Assembly (NCBI GenBank): GCA_022865785.1
Contig: JALHTJ010000206.1
Coordinates: 1 to 44,789, forward strand
DNA: 44,789 bases
Origin: Candidatus Aminicenantes bacterium
GTDB taxonomy: Bacteria; Acidobacteriota; Aminicenantia; UBA2199
Reading direction: 5' to 3'
The position numbers were made by a program, and so were the translations under genes. Every line of letters begins with the position of its first letter. Position 1 is the stretch's first letter. Below, one piece after another: positions 27,785 through 36,428 of the stretch. The notes beneath the pieces are model-generated. The model made no database searches and had not been told where the DNA came from. It was given only the letters and a program-made list of their open reading frames with translations.

Positions 27785-29407
27785 TCAATCGGTGGCGAAA
27801 TAAACCGGGTTCTCGGCCAGGAAGGCGTCGCTGAAAATATCCCGGACCACTTCGCCCTGCAGGCCCCTGGACAGGGGAAACCCCGCATAATACAGCAGGG
27901 TCGGGAATAGATCGGCCAGGCGCACGGTTTCCAGGAAAAGACCTTTCTTCAAAGCCGATTTTTCATACAACAAAAAAGCACCCGGCGTGTTCAGGGGCTT
28001 GTAGACAAACACATCGCGGCGGCCGATATAATTGACCAGGATGCGCCGCCAAACCGACATGGGGACGATCTCGTGGAAATTCAGCACTACAAGCAATTCA
28101 TTGTCGCCCATGGAACCAATGATCTTTCCTATAACCGCATCGTAATATTCGTAATATTTTTCCAGTACCCAGCCGTATTTTTGACTGTTTTCCCTATCAA
28201 TGAGGTTGCCGAAATTTTCGGGATGCGCGTAATGGTAAAAATAGGCGTTCACGTTCTTCAAACCGGTGAGTTGAACCAATGAATAACGAAAATTCCTTGT
28301 TTTCAGTTCGGGGATCTGCTTGCGGATGAAATCGTCGTAAAAAAATGTTTTTTTCAAAATATCAAGTTTTTTGTCCTTGCTTTCCAGGGTAGCTGAAAAA
28401 AACTGCACGAAGTTGTTGTTTTTTTTCAGGTTTTTTTTGGCATAAACCGGCCAATCCGGAGGAGAGAGCATGGTGAAGGTCTTGAAGCCGTTCCGCTCAT
28501 AGCACTCCTTGATGCGGTCGGTCGGGGCCGCTCCCGGATTTTTATAAAAATCGATTACGTCCAGCTTGGCCGAATTCCGGAAAAAAATATATTTCGGAAA
28601 AATATCAAACTCCAACTGTAGGTCACGGAACTGGAACTTGAACGCGGAATGGGCGGCGGCGGCGGCCGGAAGTTCTCCGGACAGCAAAGTGTTGAACAGG
28701 GACAGGTCCATGTTGGGTTCATGGGTCTTCAAGCGTCCGATGACACCGTTTTCCTTGATCCAGTTCAAATTCAGCAGGTTTTGATCCTGGGAGCTGCCGA
28801 GCAGGTAATTGAGCGAAAGCCCTTCCATGATCACCATATTGATCTGACGCGGCGGATTGATGGCCGGCGCGGTATACTTGAAAGTGGAGGGGAGTGGAAT
28901 GACTTTTTGCATGATCAGGGCATAGGCAGCCAGGCCATCGGCAAGCAGCAGCAATAGGAAAAGAATCTGGAGCCATTTCCGGCGCCGGGATTTGCTGAAA
29001 ATGAAAACCAGGCCCATGATGAGCAGCAGGAAATTCAGCAGCAGGATTTTGATGAATTTGTCCCGGGCCGCGGCCTGGAAGAAATCATGGTAGTAATCGT
29101 AATTGGCATAGATCAAAACCGAAACGACCAGCATGGTAAAGGAAAAAAAATAGACCGGCGTCGGGGGATTGAAAAAACCGATGGGATATTTGCGTTCGGA
29201 AAAAAACTGCACCACAAAAAAAGTCAGGGCAATGAAAATGAACCACAAGGGGCCATAAAAAGTCAGCAGATTCAAAAAAACCGGCAGCAGGCCTGCTTTT
29301 TCGATCACCACTCCGGGGTTCAACAATCCGATCAAAAGCAGGATGAAGAAAGTGAAAACAAAGGCCGTAAGGGCGAAATTGATAACCAGCTTCAAAGAGC
29401 GCAGCAA
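27785..29407 (-). CDS. Polytopic membrane protein with large C-terminal soluble domain (possibly a degenerate alkaline-phosphatase-superfamily fold; unverified)
   Basis: 540 aa. About 5 N-terminal TM helices, then a ~370-aa domain. The C-terminal LADLFPTLLYYAGFPLSRGLQGEVV resembles the conserved C-terminal segment of type I phosphodiesterase/AP-family proteins. The expected metal and nucleophile positions look substituted (MEG where such proteins have DG). Confidence 0.5.
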   Translation of the reverse strand: MLRSLKLVINFALTAFVFTFFILLLIGLLNPGVVIEKAGLLPVFLNLLTFYGPLWFIFIALTFFVVQFFSERKYPIGFFNPPTPVYFFSFTMLVVSVLIYANYDYYHDFFQAAARDKFIKILLLNFLLLIMGLVFIFSKSRRRKWLQILFLLLLLADGLAAYALIMQKVIPLPSTFKYTAPAINPPRQINMVIMEGLSLNYLLGSSQDQNLLNLNWIKENGVIGRLKTHEPNMDLSLFNTLLSGELPAAAAAHSAFKFQFRDLQLEFDIFPKYIFFRNSAKLDVIDFYKNPGAAPTDRIKECYERNGFKTFTMLSPPDWPVYAKKNLKKNNNFVQFFSATLESKDKKLDILKKTFFYDDFIRKQIPELKTRNFRYSLVQLTGLKNVNAYFYHYAHPENFGNLIDRENSQKYGWVLEKYYEYYDAVIGKIIGSMGDNELLVVLNFHEIVPMSVWRRILVNYIGRRDVFVYKPLNTPGAFLLYEKSALKKGLFLETVRLADLFPTLLYYAGFPLSRGLQGEVVRDIFSDAFLAENPVYFATD

Positions 29408-29408
29408 T

Positions 29409-29930
29409 TTACTTTTCGTAGCCTTGCGAAGTGGTGATCAGCATCAGTGTGGTCTGGCCGATTTTAAACTCAGTCTGGTCGGTGATCTCGGTGATGGAAA
29501 CCTTGTCGTCGTTGATGAATGTACCGTTGGTGCTTCCCAGGTCGCGCAGAAATATTTTTTCGTTGCGCACTTCGATGGCCAAGTGTTTGCGGGATACTTC
29601 CTTGTCCGGGATGATCAGATCGACCTTGCCGCGGCCAATCAGGACATAGGGTTTATTCAGGTGGAAGATGAAACCGGCGCGGGCCCCCTTGATCACGGCC
29701 ACGGAAATTTTCCGGTCGTCGGGAAGTTTCAGATTTTCATTTATCCAAAGAGAATCTTCAACTTTCTGCTGGATGATCTTGGCCGTATCTTTCTTGCTTG
29801 ATGAGTCCCCTTTGGCTTCCATGATTTCGAAAACTGTCTGGCACCTGGAACATTTGAGCTTATTTTTGCCCTTGACCTTTTCCTCAGAGATTTCGTATTT
29901 TGCCTTGCATTGCGGACATTCGATAATCAT
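29409..29930 (-). CDS. Zinc-ribbon (MJ0042-type CxxC...CxxC) + FHA domain protein
   Basis: N-terminal MIIECPQCKAKYEI...KCSRCQTVFEI. The C-terminal FHA core is LIGRG...IPDKEVSRKHLAIEVRNEKIFLRDLGSTNGTFIND. Its stop is 1 nt from the start of the downstream membrane protein. Confidence 0.85.
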   Translation of the reverse strand: MIIECPQCKAKYEISEEKVKGKNKLKCSRCQTVFEIMEAKGDSSSKKDTAKIIQQKVEDSLWINENLKLPDDRKISVAVIKGARAGFIFHLNKPYVLIGRGKVDLIIPDKEVSRKHLAIEVRNEKIFLRDLGSTNGTFINDDKVSITEITDQTEFKIGQTTLMLITTSQGYEK

Positions 29931-29958
29931 GATTTTATTATATCAGAAATAAAAAAAA

Positions 29959-30384
29959 TTAGTCAATTGGTATGAAAATTTTATCGCCAATCTTTAATTT
30001 CAGCTTTTTCGCCGTGCCGCCCCTGATTTCCAGGACATAACGGGCCGACAGCGCTGATGTGTAGCCTGGGCAGGGATCACTGCGGCAGGGGGGGACGGAG
30101 CAGTACATGTCAACGATTTGCCTGTCGCTGTTCAAATAGATGATATCCAGGGTGATCAGGGTGTTCTTCATCCAGAAGCTGCGCATATCCTCATCAGCAA
30201 AAACGAACAGCATGCAGTAATCGGCATTGATGCAGGAACGGAACATCAGCCCCTTGGCCTGCTTTTCGGGAGTATCGGCAATCTCGGTGAAAAACGGCTT
30301 GTCCTGAATGAAGATCGTGATGAAGCGGTTTTCGGCTCCCATGAAGCCGGCAAAAGCCAAAAGAGCAATCAGTAGTTTTTTCAT
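29959..30384 (-). CDS. DUF192 domain protein, secreted
   Basis: 141 aa with signal peptide MKKLLIALLAFAGFMGA. AKGLMFR...MLFVF...FWMKNTLITLDIIYL is the DUF192 pattern. Confidence 0.8.
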   Translation of the reverse strand: MKKLLIALLAFAGFMGAENRFITIFIQDKPFFTEIADTPEKQAKGLMFRSCINADYCMLFVFADEDMRSFWMKNTLITLDIIYLNSDRQIVDMYCSVPPCRSDPCPGYTSALSARYVLEIRGGTAKKLKLKIGDKIFIPID

Positions 30385-31007
30385 ACCAGGGGTACAAAAA
30401 TGACGCCGATTAATTCATCGGCGTGAATCCGGTTATTTTGCTTTACATAACGGACCAAGCGTTGGCTGTCGACACCGACCGGGGCCACGGCGATCCCATC
30501 CTCGCCAAGCTGGTCGAAAAGCTTATGGGGGAACTCGGCCGGAGCCGCGGTCAATATGATGCGGTCATAAAGCGCATACTCAGGCCAACCGTCCTGGCCG
30601 CGGCCGATCTTGAAAAATACGTTTTGGTAATTCAAGCGGCCAAGCAAAAGCCCGCTGGCTGAATGGCTCAATTCCGGGATCAACTCCACCGAGTAAACCT
30701 TGGCGGCGATTTCGGCCAGCACGGCCGTCTGGTACCCCGAACCACTGCCGATCTCCAGCACCTTTTCGCCGCCGGCCAGACCGAGCAACTCGGTCATGTA
30801 AGCCACGATATACGGCTGGGAAATGGTTTGCCCGCAACCGATGGGCAATGGGCCATCGACATAACTGTTCTGCCGGGCTCCCTCGTCCAAAAAAAGTTCG
30901 CGCTGAATTTTCGCCATGGCCGCGATAACGGCACCATCGCGGATGCCGCGCGGCAGCAGCTGCCGCTCGACCATGTTGCGCCGCAGTTCAGCGTAGGGCT
31001 CGTCCAT
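30381..31007 (-). CDS. pcm: Protein-L-isoaspartate O-methyltransferase
   Basis: I take the start at ATG 31007 (MDEPYAELRRNMVERQL). The SAM-binding motif VLEIGSGSGYQTAVLA and the substrate motif GQTISQPY are present. The ORF-track extension to 31160 overlaps proS and is Arg/Gly-rich. Confidence 0.92.
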   Translation of the reverse strand: MDEPYAELRRNMVERQLLPRGIRDGAVIAAMAKIQRELFLDEGARQNSYVDGPLPIGCGQTISQPYIVAYMTELLGLAGGEKVLEIGSGSGYQTAVLAEIAAKVYSVELIPELSHSASGLLLGRLNYQNVFFKIGRGQDGWPEYALYDRIILTAAPAEFPHKLFDQLGEDGIAVAPVGVDSQRLVRYVKQNNRIHADELIGVIFVPLV

Positions 31008-31009
31008 AT

Positions 31010-32458
31010 TCAATAAGATTTGGCAAACAGGACCGTATGGGACGCCTTTTGCCCGCAGACGGCGCATTTGCCGAGTGTGGCATCCGGCTGGTCCAGGATC
31101 ACGCGGATGGTGGCCGCGGTGCCGGCCTTGACCTTGGCCTCGCAGTCGCGGCCGCCGCACCAGCCGCTCTTGATCAAGCCGCGGCTGCCGGCCATGGCTT
31201 CACTGAGCTCATCATAGGTGGCAGCCGGCCGCGTATTCTCGTCGTGGAAGGCCTTGGCCCTGCGGTACAGCTCGGCCTGTATATGCTCCAGCAGACTGCC
31301 GAGCTCGGCTGCCAGACCGTTCCAGGGAACAAAGCTTTTTTTGCGGTCGAGGCGACTGACCAGCACCACCTGCTGCTTTTCGATGTCCTTGGGGCCGATC
31401 TCGACACGCACCGGCACGCCGCGCATCTCCCAGTCGGCGTATTTCCAGCCCGGAGTGTAGGAGTCGCGATCATCGAGATGGACCCGCAGCCCCGCTGCCT
31501 TCAGCTCGTTAAGTATTTTCTTGGCATGCGGCAGTACCGTTTCCTGCCAGTTGCCTGCCGAGATGGGGACGATGACGGCCTGGATGGGCGCGACGCGCGG
31601 CGGCAGGATCAGTCCCGAATCATCACCGTGGGTCATGATCAGGGCTCCGATCAGCCGCGTGGTCGCCCCCCAGGAGGTCTGCCAGGCGTATTCCAGCTTC
31701 TGCTCTTTGCTCTCGTAACGGATATTGAAGGCCTTGGCGAAATTCTGACCCAGGTTGTGCGAAGTGCCGGCCTGCAGGGCCTTGCCGTCGGGCATCAGCA
31801 TCTCGATGGCATAAGTGCGCACAGCGCCGGCGAATTTTTCACTGTCGCTTTTAAGCCCGGTGACCACCGGGATGGCCAGGTAATCCTCGGCCAGCCTGCG
31901 ATAGGTAGCCAGCATGCGCAGCGTCTCTTCCTCTGCCTCCTCGGCAGTGGCGTGGACCGTGTGCCCCTCCTGCCAAAGGAACTCGGTGGTGCGCAAAAAG
32001 AGGCGGGTCACCTTCTCCCAGCGCACCACGTTGGCCCACTGGTTGTAAAGCAACGGCAGGTCGCGCCAGGACTTGACCCACTTGGAGTACATTGAGCAGA
32101 TGATGGCCTCCGAAGTGGGTCGCACCGCCAGCCTTTCCTCGAGCACTTCACCGCCGCCCACGGTCACCCAGGCGACCTCCGGTGCGAAGCCCTCGACGTG
32201 CTCGGCTTCCTTTTTCAGTAAGGATTCGGGGATGAAAAGCGGGAAATAGGCGTTACGGTGGCCGCTCTCCTTGAACATGCGGTCCAACTGGTCGCGGATC
32301 AGCTCCCATATCTCATAGCCGTAAGGGCGGATGACCATCATGCCCTTCATCGGCGAATAATCGGCCAATTCGGCTTTCTTGATCACATCCACATACCAGG
32401 CGGAGAAATCCACGGACTTCTTGGTGATATCCTTGACAAAATCGTTTTCAGCGGCCAT
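31010..32458 (-). CDS. proS: Proline-tRNA ligase (archaeal/eukaryote-like short type)
   Basis: 482 aa. The N-terminus DFSAWYVDVIKKAELADYSPMKGMMVIRPYGYEIWE, class II motifs and a C-terminal Zn-binding CGGRDCE...CAVCGQ are typical of this ProRS type. Confidence 0.96.
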   Translation of the reverse strand: MAAENDFVKDITKKSVDFSAWYVDVIKKAELADYSPMKGMMVIRPYGYEIWELIRDQLDRMFKESGHRNAYFPLFIPESLLKKEAEHVEGFAPEVAWVTVGGGEVLEERLAVRPTSEAIICSMYSKWVKSWRDLPLLYNQWANVVRWEKVTRLFLRTTEFLWQEGHTVHATAEEAEEETLRMLATYRRLAEDYLAIPVVTGLKSDSEKFAGAVRTYAIEMLMPDGKALQAGTSHNLGQNFAKAFNIRYESKEQKLEYAWQTSWGATTRLIGALIMTHGDDSGLILPPRVAPIQAVIVPISAGNWQETVLPHAKKILNELKAAGLRVHLDDRDSYTPGWKYADWEMRGVPVRVEIGPKDIEKQQVVLVSRLDRKKSFVPWNGLAAELGSLLEHIQAELYRRAKAFHDENTRPAATYDELSEAMAGSRGLIKSGWCGGRDCEAKVKAGTAATIRVILDQPDATLGKCAVCGQKASHTVLFAKSY

Positions 32459-32480
32459 TGCATCTCCTTTTCAGATCATC

Positions 32481-32509
32481 ATTATAGAATAAACCCTCAT
32501 TCATGGCAA
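32481..32509 (-). promoter_or_regulatory. Sigma-70-type promoter ahead of proS
   Basis: - strand TTGCCA (32509-32504), 17-nt spacer, TATAAT (32486-32481), and AAGGAG upstream of ATG 32458. Confidence 0.5.
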
Positions 32510-32564
32510 ATAGAAAAAGGCGTGATCTGCCCGGCCTGCCCGCGAAACGCTCGCAGGACAAAAC

Positions 32565-34355
32565 CTATTTGCTTTTTTTGAACACCAGCCAGAAATCGGG
32601 CGTGAAATAGGGCAATAGCAGTTCGCGCAGGAGCGGGTACTTTTCCGGTCCGATCAGCGCCTTCTCGACGGTCAAGCTCTGGGAAAACCGCAGCCGGCCG
32701 TTTTTTTCGACAACCAAGTTGCGGGCATAATGGCCGAACTCATTCCGGCGCTCGACGTTCGCGGCGAAGTATTCGAGCTTCAGGCCGGCGGCCGGCTGCA
32801 GCTCCAGGTTCACGCTTACCAGGAAAGGGGCGTCCAGTTGCAGGGGCGACTCCCGCCTATCCTTGATGATCAGGTTCTCGGAAAGGCCGGGCAGATGGAC
32901 GGCATCGGCGCTGAAGAAATTCGAACCACTCTCCTTGAGCCACTTGCCGCTGAAGGTGGCCTCGACGCGCACCTCGCGCCGGCTCAGCGAGAGGAGCTTC
33001 TTGACCTCCACCTTGTCGACGGGGAAGATCTTTTTCAGCAGCCCGGCGATGAACTTGTTGCTGTCGGCCGACGCCTCGTTGTAGCGATTGAATGTGCCGC
33101 GCACCGCCACCACCAGGGCGCCTGAGGCGCCGTCGGCGGCCAACTGCACCGTCCCCGAGACGTCGACACCACTCCCCTGCCGGTCGCTGGCGGGCAGCTT
33201 CTCCAGGGCCAGTTTCTCCAGGTTCCAGGCGGTGCTCTCCTGGAGGCGGTAAGGGAAAAATTCCTGCTGCTCCTGCCAGGGGTCGAGATAAAGGGCGTGG
33301 GGCCCCTCGCTGACCTTGAGCCAGAACTCCCCTATTTGCTGAAAAGCGGGGACATCGGCGGCGAAGGCGCTGCCATATGCGATGGCCAGGACCTCGGCCT
33401 TGATGCCGGCTTCCGCCAGCATGGACCTCAACAGCAGGGCCTTCTCCAGGCGGGTGCCGTAATTGCCCTGGGCCACGCGCTCCAGGGAGCGGGGCTGCCA
33501 GCCGAGCGCCTCGGGGCCGAGGTTGCAATTCTGCACCTCCACGGCCACGGTCTTCTGCAGGGCGGCCAGCAGGTCGGGACGGGACGGGTACTGCGCCTGC
33601 AACTTCCCTACCTTCTCCGTTATGATCTCCGGCAGCGGCGAGGGGTCGGCGGCCAGGGCCAGCGCCTGCTCCCAGCCAACGGAAGTGGAAAAGATGATCT
33701 CCGGACCGGACTGCTCCGCAGCCAATGGTTCATGGGCTGCGGGTTTCAGGTTGGCCAGCTCAAATGCATGGCATTTTGTCGCTTCGTCAGAGGAAACTTT
33801 CGCCTCGACCTGCAGTCCCGATACCCGGTAGTGCAATTCCCGGTCTGCCGGAACCTTGATCGACAGTCTGTAGAGATCAACCGGGAAAGCCATGGCCAGT
33901 TCTTCACGGCCGGAAAAATCCGGGAGAAAGCCGGCCTTGGTGTGGATGCGATAGGCGAGCTCGACCACCGCTCCCCTCTCCAGGCCGACGTGGGTGACCA
34001 CCATCTCGCGCAAGTGGGAAAAATCGGCGAAGCCGTGGGCGGCGAAAGGCAGCACCTCGTTGAAGGCGTTCTGCGGCGAGGCGACCTGGCGGCCGTCGGC
34101 CATGGTGGTCTCGGAATTGAGGACCTCCAGCTTCTGGAAATCCGGGTTATAGACAATGAAAGTTTCGCCCAGGGCGCGGTTGAAGGCATAATAGGTATCG
34201 AGGCGGACCTGGTGCCGGTAGTCCTTGACCCAGGAGCCATCGGCGTTGAGGGTATAGGTAATCTCCAGGCTAAGGAAGCGCGCATCGTGGGCGGGGAGAG
34301 CGAACAGGGTCCATACGGCCAGGAAGGCCAGGCAGAATAGGGTCAGCCGCTTCAT
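32565..34355 (-). CDS. DUF3857/DUF3858-type secreted protein, transglutaminase-like core degenerate
   Basis: 596 aa with signal peptide MKRLTLFCLAFLAVWTLFALPA. It is a paralogue of the upstream gene. At the aligned catalytic positions it reads GTRLEKA (Cys to Arg) and GEFWL (His to Phe), while YLDPW keeps the Asp. Confidence 0.7.
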   Translation of the reverse strand: MKRLTLFCLAFLAVWTLFALPAHDARFLSLEITYTLNADGSWVKDYRHQVRLDTYYAFNRALGETFIVYNPDFQKLEVLNSETTMADGRQVASPQNAFNEVLPFAAHGFADFSHLREMVVTHVGLERGAVVELAYRIHTKAGFLPDFSGREELAMAFPVDLYRLSIKVPADRELHYRVSGLQVEAKVSSDEATKCHAFELANLKPAAHEPLAAEQSGPEIIFSTSVGWEQALALAADPSPLPEIITEKVGKLQAQYPSRPDLLAALQKTVAVEVQNCNLGPEALGWQPRSLERVAQGNYGTRLEKALLLRSMLAEAGIKAEVLAIAYGSAFAADVPAFQQIGEFWLKVSEGPHALYLDPWQEQQEFFPYRLQESTAWNLEKLALEKLPASDRQGSGVDVSGTVQLAADGASGALVVAVRGTFNRYNEASADSNKFIAGLLKKIFPVDKVEVKKLLSLSRREVRVEATFSGKWLKESGSNFFSADAVHLPGLSENLIIKDRRESPLQLDAPFLVSVNLELQPAAGLKLEYFAANVERRNEFGHYARNLVVEKNGRLRFSQSLTVEKALIGPEKYPLLRELLLPYFTPDFWLVFKKSK

Positions 34356-36328
34356 TTTTCACCTCCGCGGGAAAGCATCAAGGTTGTTTCCATGATCTTC
34401 TTGAACTCCAGAACGCCGTTGCGCACGCTCGCCCAATCCTCGGGCTGGCCGATCCTTTTCTTCAAGACCAGCTTGGCCCGGATGTCGAGGCTGCCGTTGC
34501 CGGCCTTGAGGTCGCCGCTGAAATCGGCGCCGCTGCCGCTGACCTTCTGCAGGGACGGCGGTTGGACCGCCCGCCACTTTCCTGGGAACTTCATGGTTTC
34601 TCGCACCTCCACCAGCTGCGAGCTGCGCAGGCGGAAAGGGTACTTTCTTTCCTCGATTCCCGTGTTCAGCCTCAGGAAGCCCAGGACGCCCTGGAAGGGC
34701 AGGGAAGCCGCCAGCGGCTTGACCAGGGCGATCCGCTCCCCTTTCTTCAGATAGCCGGGGATCTCGACCTTGAACTCGATGAGCATGGGCTTGGCGATGT
34801 CGAAGGGATCGGGAAAGACGACACCGGAAACCCGCGCCGCGGGATGCAGGTGAAAGAACTCCCGCTGCAACGCCTCGGGCCAGCGGTGGAGCGGGAAGCG
34901 CGTAAAGATGCGGCGAAGACCGGAATCGGACTGTCCCTCGGCCTCAATGCGCACGCGGCCCCTGAGGGTGCCGTCGCTGCCGATTGTCGAGTCGAGTCGG
35001 TAGCGGGCATAGTGCTTCTCCGGCGGCGATAGCGGCGTGGACTGGAGGTCCGCCCCCTCGGGCACGCCCATCAGGTATTCCTGCTGCTGCTCGGCCGAGG
35101 ACCAGAGCTCGCGCACCCCGGGCACCCAGGTGGGATCGAGCAGATGATATTTGCCGTCGATCTTGACCAGGGTGACGCTGTGGTTGAACTGGTCGGCCGG
35201 AATGCGGTCGATGCGAGAACCGGCCATGGTCATGGCCGGGTAGGACTCGAAGCCGGCGGCGCGCAGCATGGTAATCAGCATGCCAGCTTTGTCCTTGCAT
35301 ACTCCGCAACGGTCGCTGAAAGTCATGGTCCCCTTGTGCAGGGTATAGCCTTCGCCCGGGCCCATGGAAATGCCTGAATAGCGTATTTCTTCGGCCACCC
35401 AGTGGGTCAGGCGCGAGATCCTTTCCCAGTCCGACTTGGCGCCACGGACGATCTCGTCCACTTTGGCCTTAATCTCGTCATCGAACTCAAAAGAACCGTA
35501 ATCCTCATTCACACGGTAGAACCACAGCGATTTGGCCTGCCAGTCGGGTGAAGTGGAAATAAGCAGCTTGGGGGCGACATCGGAGAGGTCGACCATGTCG
35601 GCCTCTTTCTTAAAGGGCAGGATGTCCCTCACTTCCCAGAAATACTCGCTCTGATCGCCCAGCAGGTGGGCGTAATGCCGGGCCTGGCCATTATACATTT
35701 CGAACTGCAGCTTTTTCGTCGCGGGCAGGCTCACGCGATAGCTTTTCACCTTGACGGGGATGGTGGAATAGAACGGGATGATATCGTAGAAATGGCCCTT
35801 CATGGGCGGGATATAGCGCTCATCCGCCTGCGCGTCGGCAGGTGCGTTGGCACCGAGCAGGGCGTAGGTGAACCCTTTCTGGTAGGTCTTAATCCAGACA
35901 CCGTCACCGGGCTCCAGGCGGCCGACGGGAATGATGATCTCACGTGCGCCCCAGTAGATGGCGCGGGCGGGTGCCGGGTAGTCACGAACCGCTGTCAGCG
36001 GCACCGTTTCGATCCCGCCGCCGGCGCGCAGGACCTTCATCTCCCGCACTTCGACCCAGGCCGACAACGGATCGTAGCCGAATGTCAGGGACTGCAGCGT
36101 CTTAGCGCCCTCGGGGTCGAGGACCTTATAGAGCACTTCCTTGTCGACGTGGCTGAGCCCCGACTCCTCGACGCGCACCGCGGTGCGGTCGTGCACGATC
36201 AGGTAGGGAGAACCCGGGTACTCCTTGGCCCCACCCGCGGCTGCCAATTGGTGCTGCAGGTCGTCCTGGGCTGATCCCGACAAGAAAACCAGCAAAAGAA
36301 TGCTCAAGAGAAAAATGCTTTTTTTCAT
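34352..36328 (-). CDS. DUF3857 + transglutaminase-like cysteine protease-fold + DUF3858 secreted protein
   Basis: 658 aa with signal peptide MKKSIFLLSILLLVFLSGSA. The transglutaminase core is intact: GVCKDKAGMLITMLRAAG (Cys), FNHSV (His), LLDPT (Asp). AGGAGG sits before the ATG. Confidence 0.8.
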   Translation of the reverse strand: MKKSIFLLSILLLVFLSGSAQDDLQHQLAAAGGAKEYPGSPYLIVHDRTAVRVEESGLSHVDKEVLYKVLDPEGAKTLQSLTFGYDPLSAWVEVREMKVLRAGGGIETVPLTAVRDYPAPARAIYWGAREIIIPVGRLEPGDGVWIKTYQKGFTYALLGANAPADAQADERYIPPMKGHFYDIIPFYSTIPVKVKSYRVSLPATKKLQFEMYNGQARHYAHLLGDQSEYFWEVRDILPFKKEADMVDLSDVAPKLLISTSPDWQAKSLWFYRVNEDYGSFEFDDEIKAKVDEIVRGAKSDWERISRLTHWVAEEIRYSGISMGPGEGYTLHKGTMTFSDRCGVCKDKAGMLITMLRAAGFESYPAMTMAGSRIDRIPADQFNHSVTLVKIDGKYHLLDPTWVPGVRELWSSAEQQQEYLMGVPEGADLQSTPLSPPEKHYARYRLDSTIGSDGTLRGRVRIEAEGQSDSGLRRIFTRFPLHRWPEALQREFFHLHPAARVSGVVFPDPFDIAKPMLIEFKVEIPGYLKKGERIALVKPLAASLPFQGVLGFLRLNTGIEERKYPFRLRSSQLVEVRETMKFPGKWRAVQPPSLQKVSGSGADFSGDLKAGNGSLDIRAKLVLKKRIGQPEDWASVRNGVLEFKKIMETTLMLSRGGEK

Positions 36329-36428
36329 AGGCGACCTCCTGGATCTGCCACCGGCAAAATTTTCTTAAAAATCGATCTCCAACATGATGATATCAAATTA
36401 TTTTTCTTTCCCTTCATTGGCCCAATGG

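Noticed and set aside
32459-32564. A T-box or attenuator in front of proS. An imperfect hairpin CCTGC..GCG-TTT-CGC..GCAGG and a later T-run lie on the - strand.
   Set aside because: The spacer is only 106 nt and is largely occupied by a good promoter and an SD sequence. That is too short for a T-box leader, and no specifier or T-box motif is visible. The hairpin more likely helps terminate the upstream DUF3857 operon, and even that is weak, because the T-run is about 15 nt away from the stem.
27785-36328. Compositional heterogeneity as a sign of horizontal transfer. Sampled 60-nt lines range from about 30% GC (28321-28380, in the membrane protein gene) to about 75% GC (33121-33180, in the DUF3857 gene).
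   Set aside because: Similar swings occur within single genes, for example about 42% at 8041 versus about 63% at 9841 in addA. They track Lys/Phe/Asn-rich versus Ala/Gly/Arg-rich protein segments. No integrase, tRNA or direct repeats flank any block. The evidence is not enough to call an island.
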